This document shows, one piece after another, positions 10,802-21,100 of a DNA stretch of 64,000 nt; position 1 is the first letter of the stretch; each line of letters opens with the position of its first letter. Below the pieces are notes generated by a model. It made no database searches and was not told where the DNA came from. It worked only from the letters and a program-made list of their open reading frames with translations. A program made the translations under genes and the position numbers. This DNA is from Candidatus Omnitrophota bacterium (GTDB lineage Bacteria > Omnitrophota > Gorgyraeia > Zapsychrales > Fredricksoniimonadaceae), in NCBI GenBank assembly GCA_903860135.1, contig CAIOPG010000009.1, forward strand, positions 175,805 to 239,804, in the 5' to 3' direction.

Positions 10802-12721
10802 TCAGGCTCCTTTTTCTTTTAATTCCCGCCGTAAATGCTCAACCGACTCGCGTAAAAGACGGCAATAAAGGTCAAACCCTATTGACGCAATATAACCATG
10901 CTGCTGTTCGCCCAGCAAATTCCCGGCCCCGCGGATCTGCAGATCCTCAAATGCGATATTGAACCCTGCGCCGAGATCAGTGAACTTGGCCAGTGCATCC
11001 AGCCGTTGGCGCGCCACCCCGGAAATTTGTCCTTGCTCGGGTACAATGAAATAAGCATACGCCTTAACATCCATCCGCCCCACCCTGCCACGCAGTTGAT
11101 GCAGATCCGCAAGCCCGAATCGGTCCGCCCGATTGACAATAAGCGTATTGGCATTGGGTATATCAATCCCAGATTCTATTATAGTAGTGCAAACCAAACA
11201 ATCAACCTCGCGCTTGAGAAATTTAAGCATGACCTCTTCAAGCATACGGCCCGGCATCTGCCCGTGCCCCACCGCCAGCCGCACGCGCGGTACCAGGCGC
11301 TGGATCAACCTTGCGATCGGATCAATATCCTCGACATGATTATGCAGAAAGAAAACCTGCCCTCCGCGCCTGAGTTCCTGATCTATCGCGGCGCCAATAA
11401 CCTCCTCATCAAAATGGATCATGTGGGTGGAGACCGGTATCCGGTTCTGGGGCGGTGTCGCAATCACCGACATGTCGCGCGCTCCTGCCATGGCCATATA
11501 GAGCGTACGCGGAATAGGTGTCGCTGTCAAGGTCAGCACGTCTGCCAGCAATTTCATGTGCTTAAGGCGTTCTTTAGCCGTCACCCCGAAGCGCTGTTCC
11601 TCGTCAATGATAATAAGCCCGAGATCCTTGAAGGCGACATCTCCTGACAAAAGCCTGTGGGTACCGATGAGGATATCCACTTTCCCTTCTCGGGTTTGCG
11701 CAACAATGGCTGCCTGCTCAGCCTTGGTCCGAAAACGTGACAACATCCCCACGCGCACCGGAAAATCCTGCAGTCGCTTCACAAAATTAAAATAATGCTG
11801 TTCGGCAAGCACCGTCGTCGGCACAAGGACCGCCACCTGCTTGCCAGCCATAACGGCCTTGAAAGCGGCACGCATAGCCACCTCGGTCTTGCCATAGCCC
11901 ACGTCACCACACAAAAGGCGGTCCATCGGCTGAAGGGCTTCCATATCCGCCTTGACCTCAGCGGCGGCTTTGTCTTGATCGGGCGTGGCTGTAAAAGGAA
12001 ATTTCTTTTCAAACTCAACCTGCCATGAAGTGTCCGGTGGAAAAGGAAAACCCTTCAGGCTCTCCCGCACCGCCTGAACATGCAAAAGGCCGGCCGCCAG
12101 ATGCTGGAGGCGTTTTTCGATCTGACGCTTGACCTTCTCCCAGGTCCTGCTGCCCAGCGTGAAAAGACGCGGCGGTCTTTTGGTAAAACTGATATATTTC
12201 TGCACCAGATGCAAGTCATGCCGCGGCACATAAAGCTTATCGCCGCCCTCATATTCAATGACAAAATGCGCCAGCTTCCCGGTACCAGACTCAACATCTT
12301 TGATGCCCAGGAAACGGCCGATCCCGTGGACATTGTGAACAACATAATCCCCGCGCTCAATATCAATAAAATGATTGAGGGGCATATCAGCCGTGAACGG
12401 AATAACTTTCTTATGGTCCGCCGGACGCGTGGTACGCACCGGAAGAATAATCAGCGCCTTATGCTCCCATATATTCTTGCCGGTGAGCATATTGTAGGTA
12501 TAAATACGCCGCACACAATCATCGTCCATGTCCATACGGACAGGCGCATCAAAATTAACCGGGAAGATATCAATGATACTGCCGCGCACAGCGCATTGGC
12601 CGGGCTCTGCCACATGCTTGACACGGGCATAACCAAAACGAACGAGATCAACAACAATACTTTCCAGCGGGATGGTCTGGGAAATGAAATACTGCAGGGA
12701 TTTAAACATACTTAAAACCAA
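10802..12721 (-). CDS. mfd: Transcription-repair coupling factor Mfd, compact 639-aa variant (UvrB-homology D2 fragment + CarD/RID domain + SF2 translocase; lacks D1a, D1b/D3 and C-terminal D7)
   Basis: N-terminus aligns with E. coli Mfd D2 (..GYARVKHVAEPGQCAVRGSIIDIFP..LIILP). CarD/TRCF RID GDYVVHNVHGIGRFLGI; helicase motifs CGDVGYGKTEVAMRAAF, DEEQRFG, TATPIPRTL, TRG-like QLRGRVGR. Ends right after IRGAGNLLGEQQHG with no D7. Confidence 0.8.
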   Translation of the reverse strand: MVLSMFKSLQYFISQTIPLESIVVDLVRFGYARVKHVAEPGQCAVRGSIIDIFPVNFDAPVRMDMDDDCVRRIYTYNMLTGKNIWEHKALIILPVRTTRPADHKKVIPFTADMPLNHFIDIERGDYVVHNVHGIGRFLGIKDVESGTGKLAHFVIEYEGGDKLYVPRHDLHLVQKYISFTKRPPRLFTLGSRTWEKVKRQIEKRLQHLAAGLLHVQAVRESLKGFPFPPDTSWQVEFEKKFPFTATPDQDKAAAEVKADMEALQPMDRLLCGDVGYGKTEVAMRAAFKAVMAGKQVAVLVPTTVLAEQHYFNFVKRLQDFPVRVGMLSRFRTKAEQAAIVAQTREGKVDILIGTHRLLSGDVAFKDLGLIIIDEEQRFGVTAKERLKHMKLLADVLTLTATPIPRTLYMAMAGARDMSVIATPPQNRIPVSTHMIHFDEEVIGAAIDQELRRGGQVFFLHNHVEDIDPIARLIQRLVPRVRLAVGHGQMPGRMLEEVMLKFLKREVDCLVCTTIIESGIDIPNANTLIVNRADRFGLADLHQLRGRVGRMDVKAYAYFIVPEQGQISGVARQRLDALAKFTDLGAGFNIAFEDLQIRGAGNLLGEQQHGYIASIGFDLYCRLLRESVEHLRRELKEKGA

Positions 12722-12783
12722 TGAAAAACCCCGGTCCCGGCAAGCGTTGGCCTGTCGGAACCGGGGGAAAGAATTGCCTCACA

Positions 12784-14985
12784 TCACTGCCACTTCTTGT
12801 GCGACAACAGCACCAGCGGCGTGACGATGAACATGGTGGAATAAACACCGCACACAAAGCCGATGATCAAAACCAGTGAAAACGTGTTGAGCACTTCACC
12901 GCCGAAAATAAAAAGAGCAATGACAACAAGGAGCGTGACAAACGTGCTCAGCACCGTACGCCCAAGTGTCTGGTTGATGCTCAGGTTGATGACCTCGGCG
13001 AGCGAAAGCTTGCGGTTCTTGGCCGCGTTCTCGCGCACACGGTCAAACACGACGATCGTATCATTGACGGAATACCCCGCGATGGTTAAGAGTGCCGTCA
13101 CGACCAGAAGGTCGATCTGACGCCCCATCATGACGGAAAGCCCCAACGCCATCAGGATGTCATGGATCAAGGCAGCAACGCCGGCCGCGGCAAATCCAAA
13201 GTTCTTGAAACGGATCCCCACGTAGATCAAGATAGATGCCAGCGCTAAAAGGATCGCCCACAGCGCACGTTCACGCAGGGCTTTCCCGACAACGGGACCG
13301 ACCTTTTCAATGCGCAATGTCTCAAAGCTGTTATCCTTGAATTCCTTCTTGAAGATCGCCACAACCTTCTCGTACGTATCCTCGCTCGAACGAACGATCA
13401 CATCTTCGGGATTCTTGTCGAATTGCTGGATCACCGCGTCCTTGATATCCGCATCCTTCAACGCCTTGCGCAGGCTGTCAGCGGAAACAGCTTGCTTGAA
13501 GCGGTATTCCTGGACCTGACCGCCGGCGAAATCTATACCGTAGGCCATATCTTTCTTGGAAATGATCGCAAAAAGACCGGCCGCTGTGATCACCGCCGAA
13601 ATGATCAGGAAGAAATACATCGGCTTCACAAAGTCGATATTGGTCTGTTTGAACAAACGCATCATCTTGAGCGTCGTGAGTTTGCGCTTTTCAAGCAGGA
13701 AATCAAACATGGCGCGTGTGATATAAACAGCCGTAAACAGACTGGCCGCCAGACCGATGCTGAGCGTGATCGCGAAACCTTTGATTGGGCCGGATCCAAA
13801 CTGAAAAAGCAGGAATGAAGCGATCAGCGACGTGACATGCGAGTCAATGATCGCGCTCAATGCCCGGTCATACCCGCTGGCGACCGCCGCCGCCAGTGTC
13901 CGCCCGTTCTCCAATTCTTCCCGGATACGTTCATTGATAAGAACATTCGCGTCAACCGCCATCCCGAGTGTCAGGACGATACCCGCAATACCCGGCAAGG
14001 TCAGCGTGACCTGCGACCCCGGCATCATGACATTGATGAACCCCATCGCGCCGACGATCATCACAAGGTTCAGGATCAAGGCCACCGAAGCGATCATCCC
14101 GCCGATCCAGTAATAAATGATCATAAAAGCAAGGACAAAGAGCGAGCCGAACACAGTGGCGCGAATACCGGCATCAATGGAATCCTTGCCGAGCAAAGGC
14201 CCGATGGTGCGTTCTTCTTCCACATACATCGGCACAGGCAAAGAACCGGAACGCAACGCCAGCGCCAGCACAAACGATTCGTCATACGTGAACTGCCCGG
14301 ATATCTCCGCCGTCCCCGTCATGATCGCTTCCCTGATATTGGGCGCGGAAAGCACCTCGCCATCCATGACAATGGCCAGTCGTTCCCCCACATGCTTGCT
14401 GGTAAGATCAGCAAAATCCTTGGTGCCTTTCCCGTTGAAAGCCAGGGATATTTTGGGCAACATGGACTGTGAATCAAAATCAACCTTGGCATCCGAAATA
14501 GCATCACCCTGCAAGATCGCCTGCGCCTGAACAAGGATGGCTTCCCTGTTATCACCCTTGGCGTACTTAAGCTCAAGCCCTTCGGGAACTTTCCCGGCCA
14601 GCGCATCTTTTAATTTGGCCGGATCATTGTCCACAAGCCTGAATTCCAGGTGCGCGACGCGCTTGACCATATCCACAGCCCTGTCACGGTCGGTAACCCC
14701 CGGAAGTTGAACAAGGATCTGGTCTTCACCCTGGCGCTGGATCGCCGTCTCACCGACTCCCATGCTGTCGATGCGATTGCGCAGGATTTCCATCGCGCGC
14801 AACACAGCATCCTCTTTCTTGGTCTTGTCAGCGAGCTTGGAAGTATCAACCTTCAGGATAAGATGCATCCCGCCCTTCAGGTCAAGGCCAAGGTTAATAC
14901 GCTTTTGGATCGGCCAGGCAAACGCCACGCAAGCAACAATGACACCAAGGATGATCAGGAACCGGGTGCGAAGATTCTTACTCAT
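12784..14985 (-). CDS. secDF: Protein translocase subunit SecDF (fused SecD-SecF)
   Basis: 733 aa. SecD N-terminus GLDLKGGMHLILKV plus 12 TM segments and a second periplasmic domain typical of SecF, in one ORF. Confidence 0.9.
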   Translation of the reverse strand: MSKNLRTRFLIILGVIVACVAFAWPIQKRINLGLDLKGGMHLILKVDTSKLADKTKKEDAVLRAMEILRNRIDSMGVGETAIQRQGEDQILVQLPGVTDRDRAVDMVKRVAHLEFRLVDNDPAKLKDALAGKVPEGLELKYAKGDNREAILVQAQAILQGDAISDAKVDFDSQSMLPKISLAFNGKGTKDFADLTSKHVGERLAIVMDGEVLSAPNIREAIMTGTAEISGQFTYDESFVLALALRSGSLPVPMYVEEERTIGPLLGKDSIDAGIRATVFGSLFVLAFMIIYYWIGGMIASVALILNLVMIVGAMGFINVMMPGSQVTLTLPGIAGIVLTLGMAVDANVLINERIREELENGRTLAAAVASGYDRALSAIIDSHVTSLIASFLLFQFGSGPIKGFAITLSIGLAASLFTAVYITRAMFDFLLEKRKLTTLKMMRLFKQTNIDFVKPMYFFLIISAVITAAGLFAIISKKDMAYGIDFAGGQVQEYRFKQAVSADSLRKALKDADIKDAVIQQFDKNPEDVIVRSSEDTYEKVVAIFKKEFKDNSFETLRIEKVGPVVGKALRERALWAILLALASILIYVGIRFKNFGFAAAGVAALIHDILMALGLSVMMGRQIDLLVVTALLTIAGYSVNDTIVVFDRVRENAAKNRKLSLAEVINLSINQTLGRTVLSTFVTLLVVIALFIFGGEVLNTFSLVLIIGFVCGVYSTMFIVTPLVLLSHKKWQ

Positions 14986-15048
14986 GACTTCCCTCTTTTT
15001 AGAAAGTTACCCCATTCAAGGGCTTATACGGCATCCCTGCCGGACGCG

Positions 15049-15327
15049 TTACTCTGCTTTTTTCTTGAGGACCAGGATCGCTTCCCGATCAAACTCAACA
15101 CGGACATTTTCATCCAGACGAAGCACGATCGTGGTATCTTTAACATTGACAACCACCCCGTGAATACCGCCGGATGTAACCACTTCATCGTTCTTGGCCA
15201 GAGCTTTGATCATCGCCTGATGTTCTTTCTGTTTCTTTTTCTCAGGACGGATAACCAGAAAATAAAAGATCGCGAAAATAAGCAGCATCGGAACAATCTG
15301 CGTAATGATGGAAGACTGCGCTGGCAT
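15049..15327 (-). CDS. yajC: Preprotein translocase subunit YajC
   Basis: 92 aa; single TM followed by the conserved YajC region (MIKALAKNDEVVTSGGIHGVVVNV). Confidence 0.85.
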   Translation of the reverse strand: MPAQSSIITQIVPMLLIFAIFYFLVIRPEKKKQKEHQAMIKALAKNDEVVTSGGIHGVVVNVKDTTIVLRLDENVRVEFDREAILVLKKKAE

Positions 15328-15344
15328 ACGACAACCTTTCGATG

Positions 15345-15596
15345 TTACTTTTGTTGCTTGGTTTTGTTATACAGCGAGCGGACAGTATCTGACATCTGTG
15401 CCCCTGTCTTGACCCACTTTTCAACCTTGGCCGTATCAAGTTTATAAACAGCCGGCTTCTTCGAAGGGTCGTAATGCCCCACGATCTCAAGCACCCTGCC
15501 GTCACGTGCGGACGACTTGCTGATAACAACGATGCGCCAATTGGTGTTCTTCTGGGCCGGATCGCCCGCTCTCTGCATCCTGATCTTGACTTCCAT
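15345..15596 (-). CDS. rpsP: 30S ribosomal protein S16
   Basis: MEVKIRMQRAGDPAQKNTNWRIVVISKSSARDGRVLEIVGHYDP, an S16 family signature. Confidence 0.9.
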   Translation of the reverse strand: MEVKIRMQRAGDPAQKNTNWRIVVISKSSARDGRVLEIVGHYDPSKKPAVYKLDTAKVEKWVKTGAQMSDTVRSLYNKTKQQK

Positions 15597-15628
15597 TGCT
15601 CCTGTTTCCTTTCTTCGTTCGTTTTTGC

Positions 15629-17140
15629 TCAGCGCGCGTGGGCCAACTCGAGGGCCACGATCTGCGCTTTTGCCTTGTTGACTGTTTCCTTATATTCACT
15701 GGCCGGATCCGAATCCGCCACAATGCCGGCACCAGCCTGGACATACGCCTTGGAACCCCCAGGACCTTTCTTGATCACAATGGTGCGTATTGTAATACAA
15801 GTATCGATATCTTGCGAGAAACTTATGTAACCAACACATCCGCCATAGGGTCCGCGCCGCGCAGGCTCAAGCGCCTCAATGATCTCCATGGCCCGGATCT
15901 TAGGGGCTCCCGAGAGGGTTCCCGCCGGGAAAGTGGCCTCAAGGGCCGATAAAGCGTCATGCCCCGGCTGAAGGCGCCCCTGCACATTGGAAACAATATG
16001 CATGACATGCGAATACTTTTCAACGGACATAAAATCAGTAACCTTGACAGTTCCTTCCACGCACACCCGGCCAAGGTCATTGCGGCCAAGATCGACCAGC
16101 ATCACATGTTCCGCGACCTCCTTAGGATCCGCCAGCAGTTCCCTGGCCAAACATTCATCCTCCTCCGGAGACTTTCCCCGCGGGCGCGTACCGGCAATAG
16201 GCCGTGTCTCCACAAGCCCGGCCTCACAGCGCACCAGCAATTCCGGTGATGACCCTACAATGGACAGCCCTTCCATATCCAGAAGATACATGTACGGCGA
16301 AGGGTTGAGTGTGCGCAATGTCCTGTAAATATTGACCGGGCTCGCCGTAACAGCAACATCAAAACGCTGGGAAAGAACGACCTGGATGATCTCCCCGGCC
16401 TTGATCTCTTCCTTGGCGGCAACCACCATGCGCTCATAACCCCCAGCCGTGCAATTAGCGCGCACCTTCAACTTCCTCGCCGGTACGGCCTTGGCAGCAG
16501 GCAATCGCAAAGGCCGTGTGATGACCGCAATCAACGCGTCAATGCGTTGCATGGCCGCCCTATATTTTCCCTGCAAGACTTTTCGGCTTTCACCGGTCCC
16601 TATATCCACACAGGCCACAACCTTGATCGTATGATGCAGGTGATCAAAAATGACCAGGTCTTTGGCCATCATGAGAACAACATCCGGAAGCTCAAGATCA
16701 TCAGGCTTCTGTACGGGAACTTTCTCGAAGAAACGTACCGTATCGTAACTCAAATACCCGACAAACCCGCCGCTAAAACCCGGCAATCCGGGGATATTGA
16801 CAAATTTGTAATGCCCGATCAGCGCACGCACAAGTTCCAGCGGCGTTGTGTCAAAGGTACATGTTTCCCTGACAGGTTTGCCCCGGTTAAAACGGATGAT
16901 CGCCCCCGCATGATCTTTAGTCGTCAGCACAAGTTCCGGGTCGCGCGCCAGAAAAGAATATCGCGCCAGTTTCTCGCCGCCCTCGACGGATTCAAGGAGA
17001 AAAGAATATTGGGCTTTGGCCGAAAGCTTGATATAGGCCGCTACCGGTGTTTCCAGATCACCGTCAATTTCTTTATACACAGGGACAAGATTCCCCTGCC
17101 GGGCATAATCCAAAAATTCTTTTTCGGTCACATGCTTCAT
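15629..17140 (-). CDS. trpE: Anthranilate synthase component I family protein (TrpE; PabB not excluded)
   Basis: N-terminal allosteric-type region ([28 protein letters not shown]) plus chorismate-binding C-domain ([20 protein letters not shown]). Start set to ATG 17138-17140, an ATGA overlap with the hisF stop. Confidence 0.75.
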   Translation of the reverse strand: MKHVTEKEFLDYARQGNLVPVYKEIDGDLETPVAAYIKLSAKAQYSFLLESVEGGEKLARYSFLARDPELVLTTKDHAGAIIRFNRGKPVRETCTFDTTPLELVRALIGHYKFVNIPGLPGFSGGFVGYLSYDTVRFFEKVPVQKPDDLELPDVVLMMAKDLVIFDHLHHTIKVVACVDIGTGESRKVLQGKYRAAMQRIDALIAVITRPLRLPAAKAVPARKLKVRANCTAGGYERMVVAAKEEIKAGEIIQVVLSQRFDVAVTASPVNIYRTLRTLNPSPYMYLLDMEGLSIVGSSPELLVRCEAGLVETRPIAGTRPRGKSPEEDECLARELLADPKEVAEHVMLVDLGRNDLGRVCVEGTVKVTDFMSVEKYSHVMHIVSNVQGRLQPGHDALSALEATFPAGTLSGAPKIRAMEIIEALEPARRGPYGGCVGYISFSQDIDTCITIRTIVIKKGPGGSKAYVQAGAGIVADSDPASEYKETVNKAKAQIVALELAHAR

Positions 17141-17892
17141 GCCCGCACACATACGCCTTTCGCGCGCAGATGATCTTTAACCTGTCTAACCGATATTTCA
17201 CCGTAATGAAAGATCGAAGCCGCCAATCCGGCATCGGCCCCGGTGTGCCTGAAGAGAGCTGAAAAATCATCGACACGACCCGCCCCGCCCGACGCGATCA
17301 CAGGAATATTCACCGCCGCCGCCACCGCCTGCGTCAAGGGCAGATCAAAGCCGTCTTTGGTGCCGTCGGCATCCATACTCGTCAGGAGTATCTCACCGGC
17401 ACCCAGGCGCTCGACCTCACGCGCCCAAGCAACCGCCTCTTTATCCGTTGGGCGCCGTCCGCCATGCGTGAAGACCATCCAGCGGCCGTCGATAAGGCGC
17501 GTATCAATGGCCACCACAATGCACTGGCTCCCGAAACGCTCGGCCGCCTCGCGCACAAGATCAGGGTTCGCTACCGCCGCCGTATTGATCGACGCCTTGT
17601 CAGCCCCCGCATTCAACAGCCGGCGGATATCCTCGACGGCATTGATCCCGCCGCCGACCGTCAACGGCATGAAGACCTGCTCCGCTGTCCGGTTCACCAC
17701 ATCAATGAATGTCTTGCGGCCTTCATGGCTGGCGGTAATATCAAGGAACACCAGCTCATCAGCTTGCGCGGTATCATAGATCTTCGCCACCTCAACAGGG
17801 TCTCCCGCGTCACGCAAGTTCAGGAAATTAACACCTTTGACCACGCGCCCGTCTTTCACATCAAGGCAAGGGATGATGCGCTTGGTCAACAT
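17137..17892 (-). CDS. hisF: Imidazole glycerol phosphate synthase cyclase subunit
   Basis: [30 protein letters not shown].. Confidence 0.95.
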   Translation of the reverse strand: MLTKRIIPCLDVKDGRVVKGVNFLNLRDAGDPVEVAKIYDTAQADELVFLDITASHEGRKTFIDVVNRTAEQVFMPLTVGGGINAVEDIRRLLNAGADKASINTAAVANPDLVREAAERFGSQCIVVAIDTRLIDGRWMVFTHGGRRPTDKEAVAWAREVERLGAGEILLTSMDADGTKDGFDLPLTQAVAAAVNIPVIASGGAGRVDDFSALFRHTGADAGLAASIFHYGEISVRQVKDHLRAKGVCVRA

Positions 17893-18620
17893 GCTTTGCC
17901 TCCGGAAAGCGCCAGTGCCTCCCTGACATCCAGGGTGCCTTCATAAATAGCGCGGCCGGTAATGACCCCGTAAAGGTTTTTCTTCCCGAGGGCTTGCAAG
18001 GCCCGGATATCATCGAGGCTTTTGACCCCGCCCGAAGCAATGATGTTAACCCCGGCGAGCACCAGCATCTCGTTCAATCCATTGATATTCGGTCCTGCCA
18101 GGGTCCCGTCGCGGGCAATATCCGTATAAATAATATATTGCAATCCCATGTCCGCCAATTCCCGGGCAAGATCGATCCCTTTAATAGTCGAAGTCTCGAC
18201 CCAGCCGCGCCGGGCAACAAAACCATCCGCGCAATCAAGGCTGACAGCAATACGCCCGCCCCATGACGCAAGGACATCCTTAAGAAAAGAACGGTCATCC
18301 ACAACCTTGGTGCCAAGGATAACACGATCGATCCCGGCTTCAAGGTAATGGTCAACGACATCACGGCTGCGGATCCCCCCGCCGGTCTCAACCGGGATGT
18401 TGAGTTCCCTGGCTATCTGGCAAATCGTTGCCTGATTCCGCCGCTGGCCCGATTCGGCACCGTCGAGGTCAACCACATGCAGGTAAGGAGCTCCCAACGC
18501 TTCCCATTGCCTGGCCATGGCCACAGGATCAGAACCATATTCTGTTACCTGATCAAAACGCCCCTTGAACAGGCGTACGACCTTGCCGTCTTTGATATCG
18601 ATCGCGGGGATGATCAGCAT
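17886..18620 (-). CDS. hisA: ProFAR isomerase HisA
   Basis: [22 protein letters not shown]. Start moved to ATG 18618-18620, 7-nt overlap with hisH; the 28-aa extension in the ORF track overlaps hisH. Confidence 0.9.
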   Translation of the reverse strand: MLIIPAIDIKDGKVVRLFKGRFDQVTEYGSDPVAMARQWEALGAPYLHVVDLDGAESGQRRNQATICQIARELNIPVETGGGIRSRDVVDHYLEAGIDRVILGTKVVDDRSFLKDVLASWGGRIAVSLDCADGFVARRGWVETSTIKGIDLARELADMGLQYIIYTDIARDGTLAGPNINGLNEMLVLAGVNIIASGGVKSLDDIRALQALGKKNLYGVITGRAIYEGTLDVREALALSGGKAC

Positions 18621-19216
18621 GCGACAAAATTCTCCAGTATCTTCAGGCCGACGGTCTGGCTTTTTTCCGGATGGAACTGAACACCCCAAATATTCCCCGC
18701 ACACACCGCCGAGGCATAACTCAGCCCGTAATCCGTCATGGCTGAGCGGATCTTCATATCCACAGGCTTAACAAAATACGAATGACAAAAATAAACAAAA
18801 GCCCCATCGGCAATGCCCCTGAACATCGGGCAACCCTCGTGCACAATAGCGAGACTGTTCCAACCCATTTGCGGCACCTTAACAGAATTCGGAAAACGTT
18901 CAACGGTCCCGGGCAAAAGGCCTAACCCTTGGACTGATCCCCCTTCGGTGCTTGATTCAAAAAGAAGCTGAAACCCCAGGCATATCCCCAGAAACGGTTT
19001 GCCCGAGGCGGTGAATGCTTTTATCGCGTCGATCAACCCAAGCTCTCCAAGCCTCTCCATCGCCGGGCGTATCGCCCCCACCCCCGGCAGGACAAGCTTG
19101 TCCGCCAGCGCCACCTCGGCCGGCGATGTCACGATGCGCGTTTTGCCCCCGGACACCTCAATGGCCTTCTCAACACTGCGCAAGTTCCCCATGCCGTAAT
19201 CAACAATAGCGATCAT
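18614..19216 (-). CDS. hisH: Imidazole glycerol phosphate synthase glutamine amidotransferase subunit
   Basis: MIAIVDYGMGNLRSV..GICLGFQLL..H (class I GATase triad). Confidence 0.95.
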   Translation of the reverse strand: MIAIVDYGMGNLRSVEKAIEVSGGKTRIVTSPAEVALADKLVLPGVGAIRPAMERLGELGLIDAIKAFTASGKPFLGICLGFQLLFESSTEGGSVQGLGLLPGTVERFPNSVKVPQMGWNSLAIVHEGCPMFRGIADGAFVYFCHSYFVKPVDMKIRSAMTDYGLSYASAVCAGNIWGVQFHPEKSQTVGLKILENFVAC

Positions 19217-19827
19217 CAGTCAATGATCCCTTTGGTCGACGGCACGATCCCCTCGCGGCGCGGATCAACCTGTGTCGCCTGGTCAAGGGCCAAGCCCAAA
19301 GCCTTAAAGACAGCCTCGACATTGGTATGCACATCATCCGAAACATTCTGGACTGTCACGCTGATCGTTGCTCCCAACGCGTGCGCAAACGATTCCATGA
19401 AATGCTCAAGATAGGTGAATGAATATTCTTCCTTACCCTTCAACTGAACAACCTTGTCTTCCTCGATGTTCAGCTTGAAATACCCGCGGCCGCTGATATC
19501 CAGCAGTACACGTGCGGTCGTGGCCTCCATCGGCGCGCCTGCCCCGCCGAAACGGCGGATGCCGGCTTTATCGCCAAGGGCTTCACGGAACGCCTTGCCC
19601 AAGACAATGCCGATATCCTCATTCGTATGATGAATATCAATGGCCGTATCCGAACATACCACGTCCAGTTCCAGATCAAAAAGGCCATGGAAAGCAAAAA
19701 GCTCGATCATATGATCAAGGAAAGCGATGCCCGTCTTGATCCGGGCACGATCACCGCGCCCGTCGACATTCAGCTTTGCCTTGATATGCGTTTCCTTGCT
19801 TTTACGTTCGATCATGGATGTTCTCAT
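19216..19827 (-). CDS. hisB: Imidazoleglycerol-phosphate dehydratase
   Basis: RKSKETHIKAKLNVDG..FLDHMIELFAFHG..HHTNEDIGIVLG (IGPD signatures). Confidence 0.95.
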   Translation of the reverse strand: MRTSMIERKSKETHIKAKLNVDGRGDRARIKTGIAFLDHMIELFAFHGLFDLELDVVCSDTAIDIHHTNEDIGIVLGKAFREALGDKAGIRRFGGAGAPMEATTARVLLDISGRGYFKLNIEEDKVVQLKGKEEYSFTYLEHFMESFAHALGATISVTVQNVSDDVHTNVEAVFKALGLALDQATQVDPRREGIVPSTKGIID

Positions 19828-19876
19828 AAGCCTGCCCTTTCTCCCGCGCGCGTCAAGGCCGCACCTGGATCAACCT

Positions 19877-21100
19877 TTATTTAAACCTGACATTAACCGA
19901 TTCCGCGTGTTTGACAAGACCCTCGATCATGGCAATGCGCTCGAGCGATTCGCGTACTTTCTCCAGCGCCTTCCTGGAATAAGAGACGATGTGGCTTGTC
20001 TTCATAAAACTGGAAAGGCTCAATCCCGACGCAAAACGCGCCGTCCCTAATGTGGGCAGGACATGGCTTGGCCCGGCCACATAATCGCCCAGCGGTGTCG
20101 GGCTGTACGGCCCCAGGAAAATAGCCCCGGCATGACGGATCATTTTGGCCACATTGGCAGGGTCGCTGGTCAGGATCTGCAAATGTTCGGGCGCGAGCCT
20201 GTTGGCGATCTCGCACGCGGCTTCCATGTTCTTGGCATAAATGACATAACCGCCCTGAACACGATTCCTGACCTGACGGATCAACTGCTTGGATGTCGAC
20301 ACAAGGATGGCAAGCCCGCCGGAATGCTCGATCTGCGATTCAAGGTCAGCCACCACATAATCAGGATTGCTCAGGCGATTGGCGATCACCACCAGTTCGG
20401 TAGGACCGGCGAGCATGTCAATATCCACATAACCAAAAAGCTGACGTTTGGCCTCGGTGACATAGGCATTGCCCGGCCCGACGATCTTGTCTACCCGGGG
20501 GATCGTGCGCGTCCCAAAAGCCAGCGCCGCGATCGCCTGTGCCCCGCCGACCTTATAAACTTCATTCACATTCAACAGATTCGCCACCGCCAGGATATGC
20601 GGATTCACATGCCCGTCCTTCCCGGGAGGTGTCAGGATCACGATCCGTTTCACACCCGCGATCTTCGCCGGGACAACGGTCATGTACACCGAAGACACCA
20701 ACGGTGCCGTTCCCGCCGGGATATAGACCCCCACCGTATCGATCGGACGGAATTCTTCTTTCAGAAGAATCCCGTCTTCACTCTTGATACAGCAGGGCTT
20801 CTTGATCTGACTGCGATAAAAAGCCGTCACATTATGGATAACCATCTTGAGCGTCGCGACAAATTCCGGCTTGATATTCTGAAAGGCACCGCTGATCTCG
20901 CTCTCGGCCACGCGCAGATCTCGGGGTGAAAGCTTGACATGATCGAACCGGGCGGTATATTTCAATACGGCTTCATCCCCGTGCAGGCGAATATCCTCGA
21001 CGATCCGCGCCACCTTGCTGACCACACTTTTGCGGCGATAATAAAGATTCCTGTCATAAAGCTGGTAAACAGCCTTGCTGTTTGACTTTAACAATTTCAT
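19877..21100 (-). CDS. hisD: Histidinol dehydrogenase
   Basis: 407 aa; HisD motifs (IPAGTAPL.SSVYMT, GPGNAYV..AK..). Confidence 0.95.
   Translation of the reverse strand: MKLLKSNSKAVYQLYDRNLYYRRKSVVSKVARIVEDIRLHGDEAVLKYTARFDHVKLSPRDLRVAESEISGAFQNIKPEFVATLKMVIHNVTAFYRSQIKKPCCIKSEDGILLKEEFRPIDTVGVYIPAGTAPLVSSVYMTVVPAKIAGVKRIVILTPPGKDGHVNPHILAVANLLNVNEVYKVGGAQAIAALAFGTRTIPRVDKIVGPGNAYVTEAKRQLFGYVDIDMLAGPTELVVIANRLSNPDYVVADLESQIEHSGGLAILVSTSKQLIRQVRNRVQGGYVIYAKNMEAACEIANRLAPEHLQILTSDPANVAKMIRHAGAIFLGPYSPTPLGDYVAGPSHVLPTLGTARFASGLSLSSFMKTSHIVSYSRKALEKVRESLERIAMIEGLVKHAESVNVRFK

Noticed and set aside
14650-15447. 265-aa plus-strand ORF overlapping the secDF 5' end, yajC and the intergenic region
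   Set aside because: It is antisense to three well-supported genes (secDF, yajC, rpsP flank), has low-complexity R/H-rich translation and no homology features.
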